Below, in pieces: positions 48,024 through 57,958 of a stretch of 64,000 bases of DNA. Both the position numbers and the translations under genes were made by a program. The notes below the pieces were generated by a model. That model did no database searches. It was not told where the DNA came from and saw only the letters and a list, made by a program, of their open reading frames with translations. The DNA is from an uncultured Candidatus Binatia bacterium (GTDB lineage: Bacteria; Desulfobacterota; Binatia; UBA9968; JAJDTQ01): contig OZ244070.1 of NCBI GenBank assembly GCA_965215605.1, forward strand, positions 3,584,001-3,648,000. Direction: 5' to 3'. Numbering within the stretch: the first letter of the stretch is position 1; each line of letters begins with the position of its first letter.

Positions 48024-49058
48024 TCAGGGCCGTACCACTACCTTCAGGGCTTCCTTGGCCATCATCGACCGCAGCGCTTTCTCAAGGTCCTGGAGCGGCA
48101 TCTCGGCGGACAGCAGGGGCCGCGGGTCCAGCACCTTCCGGGTCAGCATCTCCACGGCTCGCGATACCGTGGCCGGACGATGATGGTAGGCGCCCATGAC
48201 GGTGAGCTCGTTGTAGTGGACCGAAGCGGTGTCCAGCGGAATCGTCGTCCCGGGCGCGCAGCCGCCGAAGAGATTGACCACCCCTCCGGGGCGCACGCAG
48301 GCCACCGCATCCTGCCACACCGCGGGCACCCCGGTGGCGTCGATGGCGCAATCGAAGCCGTCGCCGTCTCGTGAATGAGGCCGAAGACGCTTCGCCTCCC
48401 CGCCGCCCCGAGCCACTTCCACGGTATCCTGCGCGCCCAGGGTGCGTGCTACATCGAGCCGCCGCGGATTGGGGTCCGCGGTCGCGACGCGATGGCCTTG
48501 GGCCGCCAGCGCGGCCGTCAGCAACAGCCCGATGGGACCGGCTCCGTAGACCAGCACCTCAGCGCCGTCGCCGAGCCCGCAGGCGTCGATCCCGTGAACG
48601 ACGCAAGCCAGCGGCTCCACCAGTGCGGCCACTTCGTAGGGGAGGTCCGGGTCGAGGCGATGGGTGCTGGCTTCGACGAACCGCCGGGGAATCCGGATGT
48701 ACTCGGCGAATGCGCCGTTGAGATACTCGAGGTCCCGGCACAGGTTCTCACGCCCCGCCACGCAGTATGGGCAGAGACCGCAAGGCGCCGAGTTGGCCAC
48801 CACCACCCGGTCCCCCAGCTCGTACCCGCTCACCCCCGCGCCCAACGCCTCCACCGAACCCGCGAACTCGTGCCCGAAAGGCGTCGGCACCCGCAGCATC
48901 CGCGGATGCCCGCCCCGCCGGAACACCTTGACATCCGTCCCACAGGTGGTAGCCGCCCGGACCCGCACCAGCAACTCCCCCTCGCCGGGCGCAGGCACGG
49001 GTTCTTCCCGCAATTCGATGTGCGCGGGGCCGAGCAGATATATGACCCGGTGTTTCAT
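48024..49058 (-). CDS. Zn-dependent medium-chain alcohol/polyol dehydrogenase
   Basis: TCGTD, GHE, CGLCPYC..C, EPLAC, GAGPIG. Confidence 0.9.
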   Translation of the reverse strand: MKHRVIYLLGPAHIELREEPVPAPGEGELLVRVRAATTCGTDVKVFRRGGHPRMLRVPTPFGHEFAGSVEALGAGVSGYELGDRVVVANSAPCGLCPYCVAGRENLCRDLEYLNGAFAEYIRIPRRFVEASTHRLDPDLPYEVAALVEPLACVVHGIDACGLGDGAEVLVYGAGPIGLLLTAALAAQGHRVATADPNPRRLDVARTLGAQDTVEVARGGGEAKRLRPHSRDGDGFDCAIDATGVPAVWQDAVACVRPGGVVNLFGGCAPGTTIPLDTASVHYNELTVMGAYHHRPATVSRAVEMLTRKVLDPRPLLSAEMPLQDLEKALRSMMAKEALKVVVRP

Positions 49059-49209
49059 GGAGATGGACGTGCAGCGAGGCGTCCTCCCGGCGTAACACTT
49101 ATGAAATGGAACAGGCAAACGGGTTCAGGGCGGGGGATGCCTTCCACGCGGGCCGGCCCGAGTTTCCAAGCCGTGGCGGGCGTGTTAGGCTGAAAGCTCG
49201 ACAGTCTGC

Positions 49210-49299
49210 GGAGAGGTGGCCGAGTCCGGTTGAAGGCGCCTGACTCGAAATCAGGTTTACCTACGGGTAACGGGGGTTCGAATCCCTCCCTCTCCGCCA
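49210..49299 (+). tRNA. tRNA-Ser(CGA)
   Basis: GGAGAGG/CCTCTCC acceptor stem, CCTGA-CT-CGA-AA-TCAGG anticodon arm, long variable arm, GGTTCGAATCC, GCCA end. Confidence 0.95.
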
Positions 49300-49528
49300 A
49301 ATCATTCAGTGCCCGCAACATTCTGGACGACAGCGACCATGATCTTGCCGTGTCACCTTCAAGAGGCGGAAGCCTTTGTGGAAACCGTGGCCGCCTTCTT
49401 CAGGAACGAAGGCATCAGTTTCTGAGCGCGGAGCCGAAACCAATCCGGTTCGGAAACGGTGCCCGTGTTGCTGGTTGTAGCCACGAAAATCTGTTAGACA
49501 CAGATTCCCGCCCAAGCCGATACGGCTG

Positions 49529-49670
49529 GCGGCCGGGATGTTGATTGCTGGCAGTCGGGTCCCGTGCAAGTGGGTCCCGCAAACCCCGTCAGGTCCGGAA
49601 GGAAGCAGCGGTAGCGGACCGCCCCTGTGCCACGGGGAAGCCTGGCTGTCGGCAATGAGCATCCCGCCGC
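49529..49670 (+). ncRNA. ffs: SRP RNA (4.5S RNA) with extended stem
   Basis: TCAGGTCCGGAAGGAAGCAGC core at 49589-49609; long flanking complementarity; upstream of dnaX; ends approximate. Confidence 0.9.
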
Positions 49671-49751
49671 GGAGCGCTCCGGGTGCGGACTCGCGGCGGA
49701 GAATTCAATTCCTGATGTCGGCCGGAAGGCCCCTCGGCGGCCCTTAACGTC

Positions 49752-51455
49752 ATGTCGTACCTCGTTCTGGCCCGTAAGTGGCGTCCCCAGAGCTTCACCG
49801 ACATGGTGGGGCAGCAGCACATCGCCCGCGTCCTCACCAACGCCATCCAGAGCGGCCGCATCGCCCATTGTTATCTGTTCACCGGGGTCCGCGGCGTGGG
49901 CAAGACCAGCGCCGCCCGCATTCTGGCCAAGGCCCTGAACTGCGTGGACGGACCCACGCCCGCGCCCTGCAACGAGTGCGCCCGCTGCCAGGAGATCAAC
50001 GACGCCCGTTCCATCGACGTGTACGAGATCGACGGCGCCTCCAACCGGGGCATCGACGAGGTCCGGCAGATCATCGAGAACGTGCGCTACCAGCCCGCGG
50101 CGGCGCGCTTCAAGGTCTACATCATCGACGAGGTCCACCAGGTCACCAGGGACGCCTTCAACGCGCTCCTCAAGACCTTGGAGGAACCGCCGCCGTTCGC
50201 CAAGTTCATCCTGGCCACCACCGAGGTCCACCGGCTCCCGGAGACCATCCTGTCCCGTTGCCAGCGCTTCGACTTCCGCCGCATCGGCGTCCAGGACATC
50301 CACGAACGGCTGCGGCGGATCGCGGAGACGGAGGGGTTGAACATCACCGACGGCGCCCTCACGCTCATCAGCCGGGCGGCCCAAGGCAGCATGCGCGATG
50401 CCCAGTCGTTGCTGGAGCAGGTGCTTTCCTTCGCGGATCCCGAGGCGGAGGGCGGCGCCGTGGACGAGCCGCTGCTGCGGGACATCCTCGGCGTGGCCGA
50501 GCGCCGGGTGCTCTACGAGATCTCCTCGGCCGTGATCGCGGGCGACGCCGCGGAGTGCCTCCGCCTGGTGGCCGAGGTGGCATCTCACGGCGTGGACCTG
50601 GCGGCCCTTTCCCGTGAGCTGGTGGAGCATTTCCGCAACCTCATGGTGGTGCGCCTGATGGCGGAGGCCACGGACGGTGGGTCCGCCGCCGAGAGCGAGG
50701 GTGGCTCCCGGCGGCTCATGGACCTGACCGGCGAGGAGGTTTCGCTGCTGCGGGAACAGGCCGCGCCGGTCGATCCCGAGACTTTCATCGGCTACTACCG
50801 GTTCATGGTCCAGGGCGACGAGATCGTGGCGCGGTCGCCCTATCCGAGGTTCGACCTGGAGGCGTCGCTGGTACGCGTCGCAACCCTGCCACGCACGTTG
50901 AACGTCGCCGAGGCCATCGAGGAGTTGCGGCGGCTCGAGGGCCGGCTGGAGGAAGCCGTGCCGGTCCGGGAGGGAAGGGTGGTCCGGGAGCCGGCACCGG
51001 TCCGTGATCCGGAGCCGGCAACGCAAACCGCGCCGGATCTACACGAGGAACCGGAACCGGCCGCCGCGGAGCCGGCGCCCCCCGCGCCGAAGGCCGAGGA
51101 GGCGTCCGAGGCGCCGGAAACGAGCCCGGCCGAATGGGTCCGGTTCCTGGACTTCGTAGAGGGCCGGCAACGCGTTCTGGCCACGTACCTCCGTCAGGGC
51201 AGGCTGCTGGAGATCTCCGACGCGGGTCTCAAGCTGCAGCTCGCCGGGCTGTACAGGAACCATGTTCGGGAAAGGGAGAACATGGGTCTGCTGGAAGGGT
51301 TTCTCGAAGGGTTCTTCAAGCGGAAGATGACCGTGGAGGTGGTGTCCGTGGCAGACGGAGAGGCTGGTTCGGGGGAGGGGACGGGTTCGGCCGAGGATAG
51401 TGCCGGGAACATCGTCGACGAGGCGTTGAAGCTTTTTGGAGGCACGGTGAAATAG
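49752..51455 (+). CDS. dnaX: DNA polymerase III subunit gamma/tau
   Basis: LARKWRPQ, GVGKTS, EIDGASN, IIDEVH, FNALLKTLEEPP, SRCQRF. Confidence 0.97.
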   Translation: MSYLVLARKWRPQSFTDMVGQQHIARVLTNAIQSGRIAHCYLFTGVRGVGKTSAARILAKALNCVDGPTPAPCNECARCQEINDARSIDVYEIDGASNRGIDEVRQIIENVRYQPAAARFKVYIIDEVHQVTRDAFNALLKTLEEPPPFAKFILATTEVHRLPETILSRCQRFDFRRIGVQDIHERLRRIAETEGLNITDGALTLISRAAQGSMRDAQSLLEQVLSFADPEAEGGAVDEPLLRDILGVAERRVLYEISSAVIAGDAAECLRLVAEVASHGVDLAALSRELVEHFRNLMVVRLMAEATDGGSAAESEGGSRRLMDLTGEEVSLLREQAAPVDPETFIGYYRFMVQGDEIVARSPYPRFDLEASLVRVATLPRTLNVAEAIEELRRLEGRLEEAVPVREGRVVREPAPVRDPEPATQTAPDLHEEPEPAAAEPAPPAPKAEEASEAPETSPAEWVRFLDFVEGRQRVLATYLRQGRLLEISDAGLKLQLAGLYRNHVRERENMGLLEGFLEGFFKRKMTVEVVSVADGEAGSGEGTGSAEDSAGNIVDEALKLFGGTVK

Positions 51456-51480
51456 CCGGCCCGCTGAAGGGAGTGATGAC

Positions 51481-51807
51481 ATGAGCGAGGGTTCGGGCGG
51501 CATGGGCGGCCTCATGAAGCAGGCCCAGGAGATGCAGGCAAAACTTGCCAAGATCCAGGAAGAGCTGGCCAAGAAGACGGTGGAAGCCACCTCGGGCGGT
51601 GGCATGGTGCGCGTCACCGTCAACGGCCAGTTCACGCTCGCTTCCATCAAGGTCGATCCCAGCGTCATCGATCCCGAAGAGGTGGAGATGCTGGAGGATC
51701 TGGTGAGGGCGGCGGTCAACGAGGGCCTCAGGCGCGCCCGTGACATGGCCTCGGAGGAGATGAGCAAGCTGACCGGAGGATTCAAGATCCCCGGGTTGAC
51801 GCCATGA
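51481..51807 (+). CDS. ybaB: YbaB/EbfC nucleoid-associated protein
   Basis: MKQAQEMQ, SGGGMV, MLEDLVRAAVN; located between dnaX and recR. Confidence 0.95.
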   Translation: MSEGSGGMGGLMKQAQEMQAKLAKIQEELAKKTVEATSGGGMVRVTVNGQFTLASIKVDPSVIDPEEVEMLEDLVRAAVNEGLRRARDMASEEMSKLTGGFKIPGLTP

Positions 51808-52424
51808 CCGGCTATCCGGCGCCGCTGGCACGGGTCATCGAGCAGCTATCGAAGCTTCCCGGCATCGGCGAGAAGACCGCCGGGCGCCTCGCCTTCCACC
51901 TGTTGAAGGACGGGAAGGAATCGGTGCTGGCTCTGGCCGGAAGCATGGAGCGGCTCAAGCGGGAGATGGGGCTTTGTCCGGAGTGCTTCGGCCTGAGCGA
52001 GATTCCCTCGGGGACGGAAGATGTCGCCCCATGCAAGGTGTGCCGCGACCCCGGCCGCGACACCCACACCATCTGCGTCGTGGAGGAGCCGTCGGACCTC
52101 ATGGCGGTGGAGCGTTCCGGGGAGTACAAGGGCCTCTACCACGTGCTTCACGGCGCCATCTTCCCGCTCAACGGAGTCGGCCCGGAAGCGTTGAAGATCA
52201 AGGAACTCATGACCCGGATACGCGCCAATCCGCCCGCCGAAATCATCGTCGCCACCAACGCCACCCGGGCGGGAGACGCCACCGCCCTCTACCTCGCCAA
52301 GCTGATCAAGCCCCTCGGCATCTGTATTTCCCGCATCGCCCGCGGCCTGCCCATGGGCGGCGAGATCGAATACACCGACGCCGGCACCCTCGGCGAAGCC
52401 CTGGACGGACGCCGGGAGTTGTAG
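51804..52424 (+). CDS. recR: Recombination mediator RecR
   Basis: LPGIGEKTA, C4 Zn finger, ICVVE, YHVLHG, RIARGLPMGG. Confidence 0.96.
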   Translation: MTGYPAPLARVIEQLSKLPGIGEKTAGRLAFHLLKDGKESVLALAGSMERLKREMGLCPECFGLSEIPSGTEDVAPCKVCRDPGRDTHTICVVEEPSDLMAVERSGEYKGLYHVLHGAIFPLNGVGPEALKIKELMTRIRANPPAEIIVATNATRAGDATALYLAKLIKPLGICISRIARGLPMGGEIEYTDAGTLGEALDGRREL

Positions 52425-52555
52425 GGACCTGGCGCTGGCCGATTTTTTTGCTTTGTCGTGGAATAGCCGTTAAAGTATGACGCCAAGGCGCCGATAGATA
52501 TAGGGGAGGGCCGTGACGTGGAACTCCTTGAAGTCATCGGCGAAAGAGGGCGTAA

Positions 52556-52840
52556 ATGAACACGGAGACTGTCAGCATCATCATATCCGTCGTCACTGTC
52601 GGGGTGGCGGCCTGCGCCCTCACGATGACGGGGTTCAAGCACCTCCGGGAAGACATGGACCGACGGTTCACGGAATTGCGGGAAGAGATGGACCGGCGTT
52701 TCGCCGATGTGGATCGGCGTCTCACCGACATGGACGGGCGCCTCACCGAATTGCGCGAGGACGTGCGCGAAGTGCGGCGCGATGTCAACAGCCTGCGCGA
52801 GGCCGTGGGCGCGCTGCAGGAGCGGACGGGCGCGGCATGA
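52556..52840 (+). CDS. Small protein with an N-terminal TM helix and coiled-coil repeats
   Basis: Hydrophobic N-terminus, then LREDMDRRFTE-LREEMDRRFAD repeats; GAGG upstream. Confidence 0.7.
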   Translation: MNTETVSIIISVVTVGVAACALTMTGFKHLREDMDRRFTELREEMDRRFADVDRRLTDMDGRLTELREDVREVRRDVNSLREAVGALQERTGAA

Positions 52841-52891
52841 TGCTATCCGGTAGTGGACGGTGCTGCGCGTGCGGTCTGCGCGTCACAACCG

Positions 52892-54130
52892 CTAGCAGCA
52901 CGGCATCGGATTCTCGATCAGGTTGTAGACGCTGTCGAAGTTGACCTCGTTGATGGTTTTCTGGACCTTGTAGAAACGCGGCGGCTCGTTGTCCAGGAAC
53001 ACCATGATGGCGGTCTCGATTGGGGGGCAGCCCGGCTTCACGCAGGGGACCTCCTTGATGGTGATGGGGGTCGTGGACGGGAACTCCAGCGCCTGCCGCA
53101 CCCAGATGCGGATCTGGTCCAGCGTGAAGGACGACACGTCGCGATAAATGTCCAGCTCACCGTCCGCCGCCGCCTCATCCTCCGAGCGCAGACAGGTCGT
53201 GAGGCCGCACTGCAACTCGTCTCCGTCCAGGTCCCGGCCGATGAACACCAGCCGGTTGAGGCGCTCCTCGTCCTCTTCCCATTCGCGTCCCAGACGCCCC
53301 TCGAACATGCTGTGGACTCCGTGAAACACGAATTGGTGGGAGTCGCCGTGCATGTTGAGGATGCCCTTCATGCGCAGGATGTCGGCCCCTTTCTCGGCCA
53401 GCACGCCCCGGAACCAGTGGCTCAGGCGCGTTTTGTCGAGGTCGCCGGGCTGGACGAACGAAACGGTCTGGACCGAGGGCTGGTGCTCGTGGTGATGGCT
53501 GTTGGCCACCGCCCGGCGCTTGGCCTCCAGGTCGAAGGCCCGCATCTCCAGCAGCTCGCCGATGTCCACGTCCGCGTTCCGGGTGGGGGTGACGCGGGCC
53601 GTGGGGTTCAGCTCCTCCAGCCTGACGGCGAGGTCGTCGGCCTCTTCCGGCGTGATGAGGTCGGTCTTGTTGAGCAGGATGGCGTCCGCGCAGGCTACCT
53701 GTTCCCGGGCCTCGTGCTGGGCCGCGAGCTGCCCGTCGATGTGCATCCCGTCCACCACGGTCACTACCGCCTGAAGCTCGAAATCGAGACGGATACGTTC
53801 GTCCAGCAACAAGGTCTGGACGATGACGGTGGGGTCCGCCAGGCCCGAGGTCTCCACCACCAGGTAGTCGAAGGTGTCGCGCCGTTCCAAGAGCTGCAGC
53901 AGCACCCGCAGCAGGTCGCCCTGGACCGTGCAGCAGATGCAGCCGTTGTTCATCTGGAAGATCTCTTCGTCCGAGGCGACGATGAGATGGTGGTCGATGC
54001 CCACCTCGCCGAACTCGTTGATGACCACGGCGATGCGGTGGCCGTGAGGCGCGGTGAGGATGCGGTTCAGAAGGGTGGTCTTGCCCGCTCCGAGAAAGCC
54101 CGTGAGGATGACGACGGGTATCTTGGCCAT
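52892..54130 (-). CDS. CobW/COG0523 GTPase metallochaperone with a fused C-terminal Cys-rich domain
   Basis: TGFLGAGKTT, NEFGE, GCICC, ETSGLADP, NKTD, HHHEH, RMKG; extra domain EVPCVKPGCPPIET and terminal CC. Confidence 0.9.
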   Translation of the reverse strand: MAKIPVVILTGFLGAGKTTLLNRILTAPHGHRIAVVINEFGEVGIDHHLIVASDEEIFQMNNGCICCTVQGDLLRVLLQLLERRDTFDYLVVETSGLADPTVIVQTLLLDERIRLDFELQAVVTVVDGMHIDGQLAAQHEAREQVACADAILLNKTDLITPEEADDLAVRLEELNPTARVTPTRNADVDIGELLEMRAFDLEAKRRAVANSHHHEHQPSVQTVSFVQPGDLDKTRLSHWFRGVLAEKGADILRMKGILNMHGDSHQFVFHGVHSMFEGRLGREWEEDEERLNRLVFIGRDLDGDELQCGLTTCLRSEDEAAADGELDIYRDVSSFTLDQIRIWVRQALEFPSTTPITIKEVPCVKPGCPPIETAIMVFLDNEPPRFYKVQKTINEVNFDSVYNLIENPMPCC

Positions 54131-54214
54131 GATCCCTCTTGGCAGGTCCCGTGGGCAAGGGGCGCCGTTGCCGGGATGCTTCGGCAATGCCCTCCGGGTC
54201 CGGTGTCCGGCAGG

Positions 54215-56498
54215 CTACTTCCGGTCACGCTCCTCGAGCGCCCAGAACACCCGTTCCGGGGTCAGCGGCAGTTCCCGGATGCGCGACTTGATGGCGTCCG
54301 CCACCGCGTTGCCGATGGCTGCGGGGGTCGGCGCCAAGCCCGGCTCCCCCAGCCCCTTGGCGCCGTAGGGCCCTTCGGGTTCGGCGCACTCGACGATGAT
54401 GGGAATGATCTCGGGCAAATCCAGCGACGTCACCAGGTGGTAGTCCAGGAACGAGGGGTTCCGCACCTTGCCGTTCTCGTCGATGACCAGGTTCTCGTGC
54501 AGCGCGGAGCCGATGCCCTGGGCCACGCCGCCTTCGATCTGGGCCGCGCAGTTGAGCGGGTTGATGGCCTTGCCCACGTCGTGGGCCGCGGACAGCCGGC
54601 GCAGCCGGACCCGGCCGGTCTCCTCGTCCACCGAAGCCTCCGCGGCCTGGGTGGCGTACATGTAGAACGCCGACGCGTGGTCGCTGTGACCCGTTTCCAG
54701 GTCCAGGTCCTTGCCGATCTCGTAGGTGTAGGAGGCGTCGCCCCTGAGCACCGCGTCGGCGCCCAGCTTGCGCCGGATCATCTCCCCGAAGGTCAGGGCG
54801 ATCTCGTCATGGTCCTTCAGGTGCACCTTGCCGTCGGACACCACCAGCTCTTCCTGCTTCCCTTCCAGCATCGGGCCGGCCATTTCCAGGAGCTGCTCGC
54901 GGGCGTGGATGGCCGCGCCCCGCACCGCGTTGCCCATGTGATAGGTGCTGCGGCTTGAGGTGGTGGAGGCGTCGAACGGGATGACGTCGGTGTCCAACGG
55001 CGCCACCTGGACCTGCTCGATGGGCACCTTCAGCTCTTCCGCCGCCACCTGTGACAGGATGGTGTTGCATCCCTGGCCGATCTCCACGGTGCCGGCCAGC
55101 ACCGTGACCTGGCCGTCGGTATCCACCAGCACGCCGGCGTTGGAAGTGGTGGGCGACCGCGTGGGCTTGGAGATGCACGCCAGCCCGCGTCCGACCCCCG
55201 CGGGTTTTGGCTTGTCCCAGTCGATGGCGGCGGCCGCCTTGGTCAGTGTCTCGGTGAGGCCCACGTTGTGCAGTTGCTCGCCCCAGTAGGCCAGGTCGCC
55301 GTCCACGAAGACGTTCTTCAGACGGAACTCCAGCGGGTCCATGGCCAGCCGGCGGGCCAGCTCGTCCATGTGCTGCTCGGTGGCCCAAGCGCCCTGGGGG
55401 ATGCCGTAGCCGCGGAAGGCCCCGGCCACCGGCTTGTTGGTGTACACGGCGTAACCGTCCACGTGGACGTGGGGGATGCGGTAGGGGCCGGGCGAGGGGA
55501 GGCTGCCCCGGATGCACACCGTGGGACTCTTCTCCGAATAGGCGCCGCCGCCCCAGTAAAGGGTCATGTGCCGGGCCATCAGGGTGCCGTCGTTCCTGAC
55601 CCCGCTCTTGACATGCACCGTGGCCTCGTGGCGCACCAGCGTCGAGATGAAGGTTTCCTCCCGGTTGAACTTCACCCGCACCGGCCGCCCGTTCGTGTGA
55701 AACGCCAGCCCCATGGCGATGGGCTCCAGCTTGAGGCCGCCCTTGGAGCCGAAGCCGCCGCCCTGGAGCGGGTTGATGAGGCGGATCTTCTCCTGCGGCA
55801 GGCCCAGGGCTTCGGCCACCTCGGTCAGCGCCCGGAATGGCGCGTCGTTGGCCACCCAGACGGTGACCCGTCCGGTCTCGGGGTCCACTTGGGCGTGGGC
55901 CGAATGGGGCTCCATGGCGGCGTGCTGGATCACCGGCACGTAGTAGCTTTCCTCGAGCACCAGGTCCGACTGCCGGAACCCCTCGGCGGTATCCCCGGTG
56001 CGCAGCTTGAAATGCTCGCACACGTTGGGCATGGGGGCGCCGACGATGAAAGGGGCCTTGCGATAGTCCTCGAACTCTTCGTGGATAGCCACGGCGCCGG
56101 GCTGGCAGGCCTCCTCGGGGGTGAAGTAGGCGGGCAGATCCTCGTATTCCACCTCGATGAGCTTCAGCGCCTCCTGGGCCGTGTCCTCATCCACCGCGGC
56201 CACCGCGGCCACCGGCTCGCCGATGTAGCGTACCTTGCCCTGGGCCAGGAAGGGCTTGTCCTTGATGGATTCGCCATGGGTCCAGGGAACGTCGGCCCCG
56301 GAAATCGCGCATACCACGCCCGGATGCCGCCGCGCCTTCTCCAGGTCGAGCCTGACGATGCGCGCGTGGGGCCGGGTGCTGAACAGCACCTTGCCGTGTA
56401 GCATGTCCGGCAGCACCAGATCGTACCCGTAGATGGCCGTGCCCGTGACCTTTTCGTCCACGTCGACGCGGGTAACCGGATGGCCGACGAGCCTGAGC

Positions 56499-56506
<8 letters not shown>
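54215..56506 (-). CDS. Xanthine dehydrogenase-family molybdopterin-binding subunit
   Basis: [31 protein letters not shown]. Confidence 0.92.
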
Positions 56507-56996
<490 letters not shown>

Positions 56997-57021
56997 GAAT
57001 TCTCAGGCTCCTTCTCTGCTC

Positions 57022-57939
57022 CTATGCGTATCGCCGGTCCCGCCGGCTGGTCCACGGCGCCGGGCCGTTTCCCGCCGCGGCGTTCAGCAGCGCCCGCTTG
57101 GTATTCACCCGCACCATGGCCCGGCGGTAGTCCGCGGACGAACGCACGTCGCTGATGGGGCTGCACTCCTCGGCCGCCTTCCGGCCGGCCTCCTCCGCCA
57201 GCTCCTCGGTCAACACCTGTCCGAGGAGGACGGCTTCGGCCCCGGAGGCGCGCATGGGAGTGGGGGAGACCGCTCCGAGGGCGATGGCCACGGATTCGCA
57301 GCGGCGGCCGGACTCCGCCAGCGTGAGGGTCACGGCCACTCCGATGTAGGCCAGGTCCATCATGTCCCGGGGCGAGAACTTGATGTATTCGCCCAACAGC
57401 CGCGGGTGCTGGGGCGGGATCAGGAGCTCGGTGAGGATCTCCCCGGGCTCGGCGACGGTCTGACCGGGGCCGCGGAAGAAATCCTTGAGATCCACGACCC
57501 GTTCGCCGCCGGCGCCGGCCAGCCTGGCCCTGGCGTCCAGCGCCAGCAGCGCCGGGGCCACGTCCGCGGACGGCGTGGCGTTGGCCATGTTGCCGCCGAT
57601 GGTGGCGCGGTTGCGGATCTGGATGGAGCCCACCTCGGCGGCGCTCTGGGCCAGGAACGGGTAACGCCCGACCACGAGCGGGGAGATCTCCACCTCCCGC
57701 AGGGTCGTCAGGGCGCCGATGGTGATGCTGCCGTCGGCCTCCTCACGAATGCCCGACAGGGACGGGATGCGCTTGAGGTCCACCACGTATTTCGGCACCA
57801 GCCCCTTTTCCTTCATGGCGATGACCAGGTCGGTGCCGCCGGCCAGAAAATAGCCTCCGGCGCCGCCCTCCAGCATGATCCGGGTGGCCTCCGCCAAGCT
57901 CGTGGGCTGATGAAATTCCAGGGGTTCGGTGCGCTTCAT
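57022..57939 (-). CDS. FAD-binding subunit of Mo hydroxylase
   Basis: LAGGTDL, QIRNRATIGGN..NATPSAD, PISDVRSSADYR. Confidence 0.92.
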   Translation of the reverse strand: MKRTEPLEFHQPTSLAEATRIMLEGGAGGYFLAGGTDLVIAMKEKGLVPKYVVDLKRIPSLSGIREEADGSITIGALTTLREVEISPLVVGRYPFLAQSAAEVGSIQIRNRATIGGNMANATPSADVAPALLALDARARLAGAGGERVVDLKDFFRGPGQTVAEPGEILTELLIPPQHPRLLGEYIKFSPRDMMDLAYIGVAVTLTLAESGRRCESVAIALGAVSPTPMRASGAEAVLLGQVLTEELAEEAGRKAAEECSPISDVRSSADYRRAMVRVNTKRALLNAAAGNGPAPWTSRRDRRYA

Positions 57940-57958
57940 GGGTCTCCCTGTGTCGGGC

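Noticed and set aside
49210-49299. tRNA-Sec (long variable arm, near the selenium module)
   Set aside because: The anticodon is CGA, not TCA, and the acceptor stem is a normal 7 bp; this is tRNA-Ser.
50950-51130. Programmed frameshift or repeat element in dnaX
   Set aside because: Only a Pro/Glu/Ala-rich linker; no A-AAA-AAG or poly-A slippery site seen.
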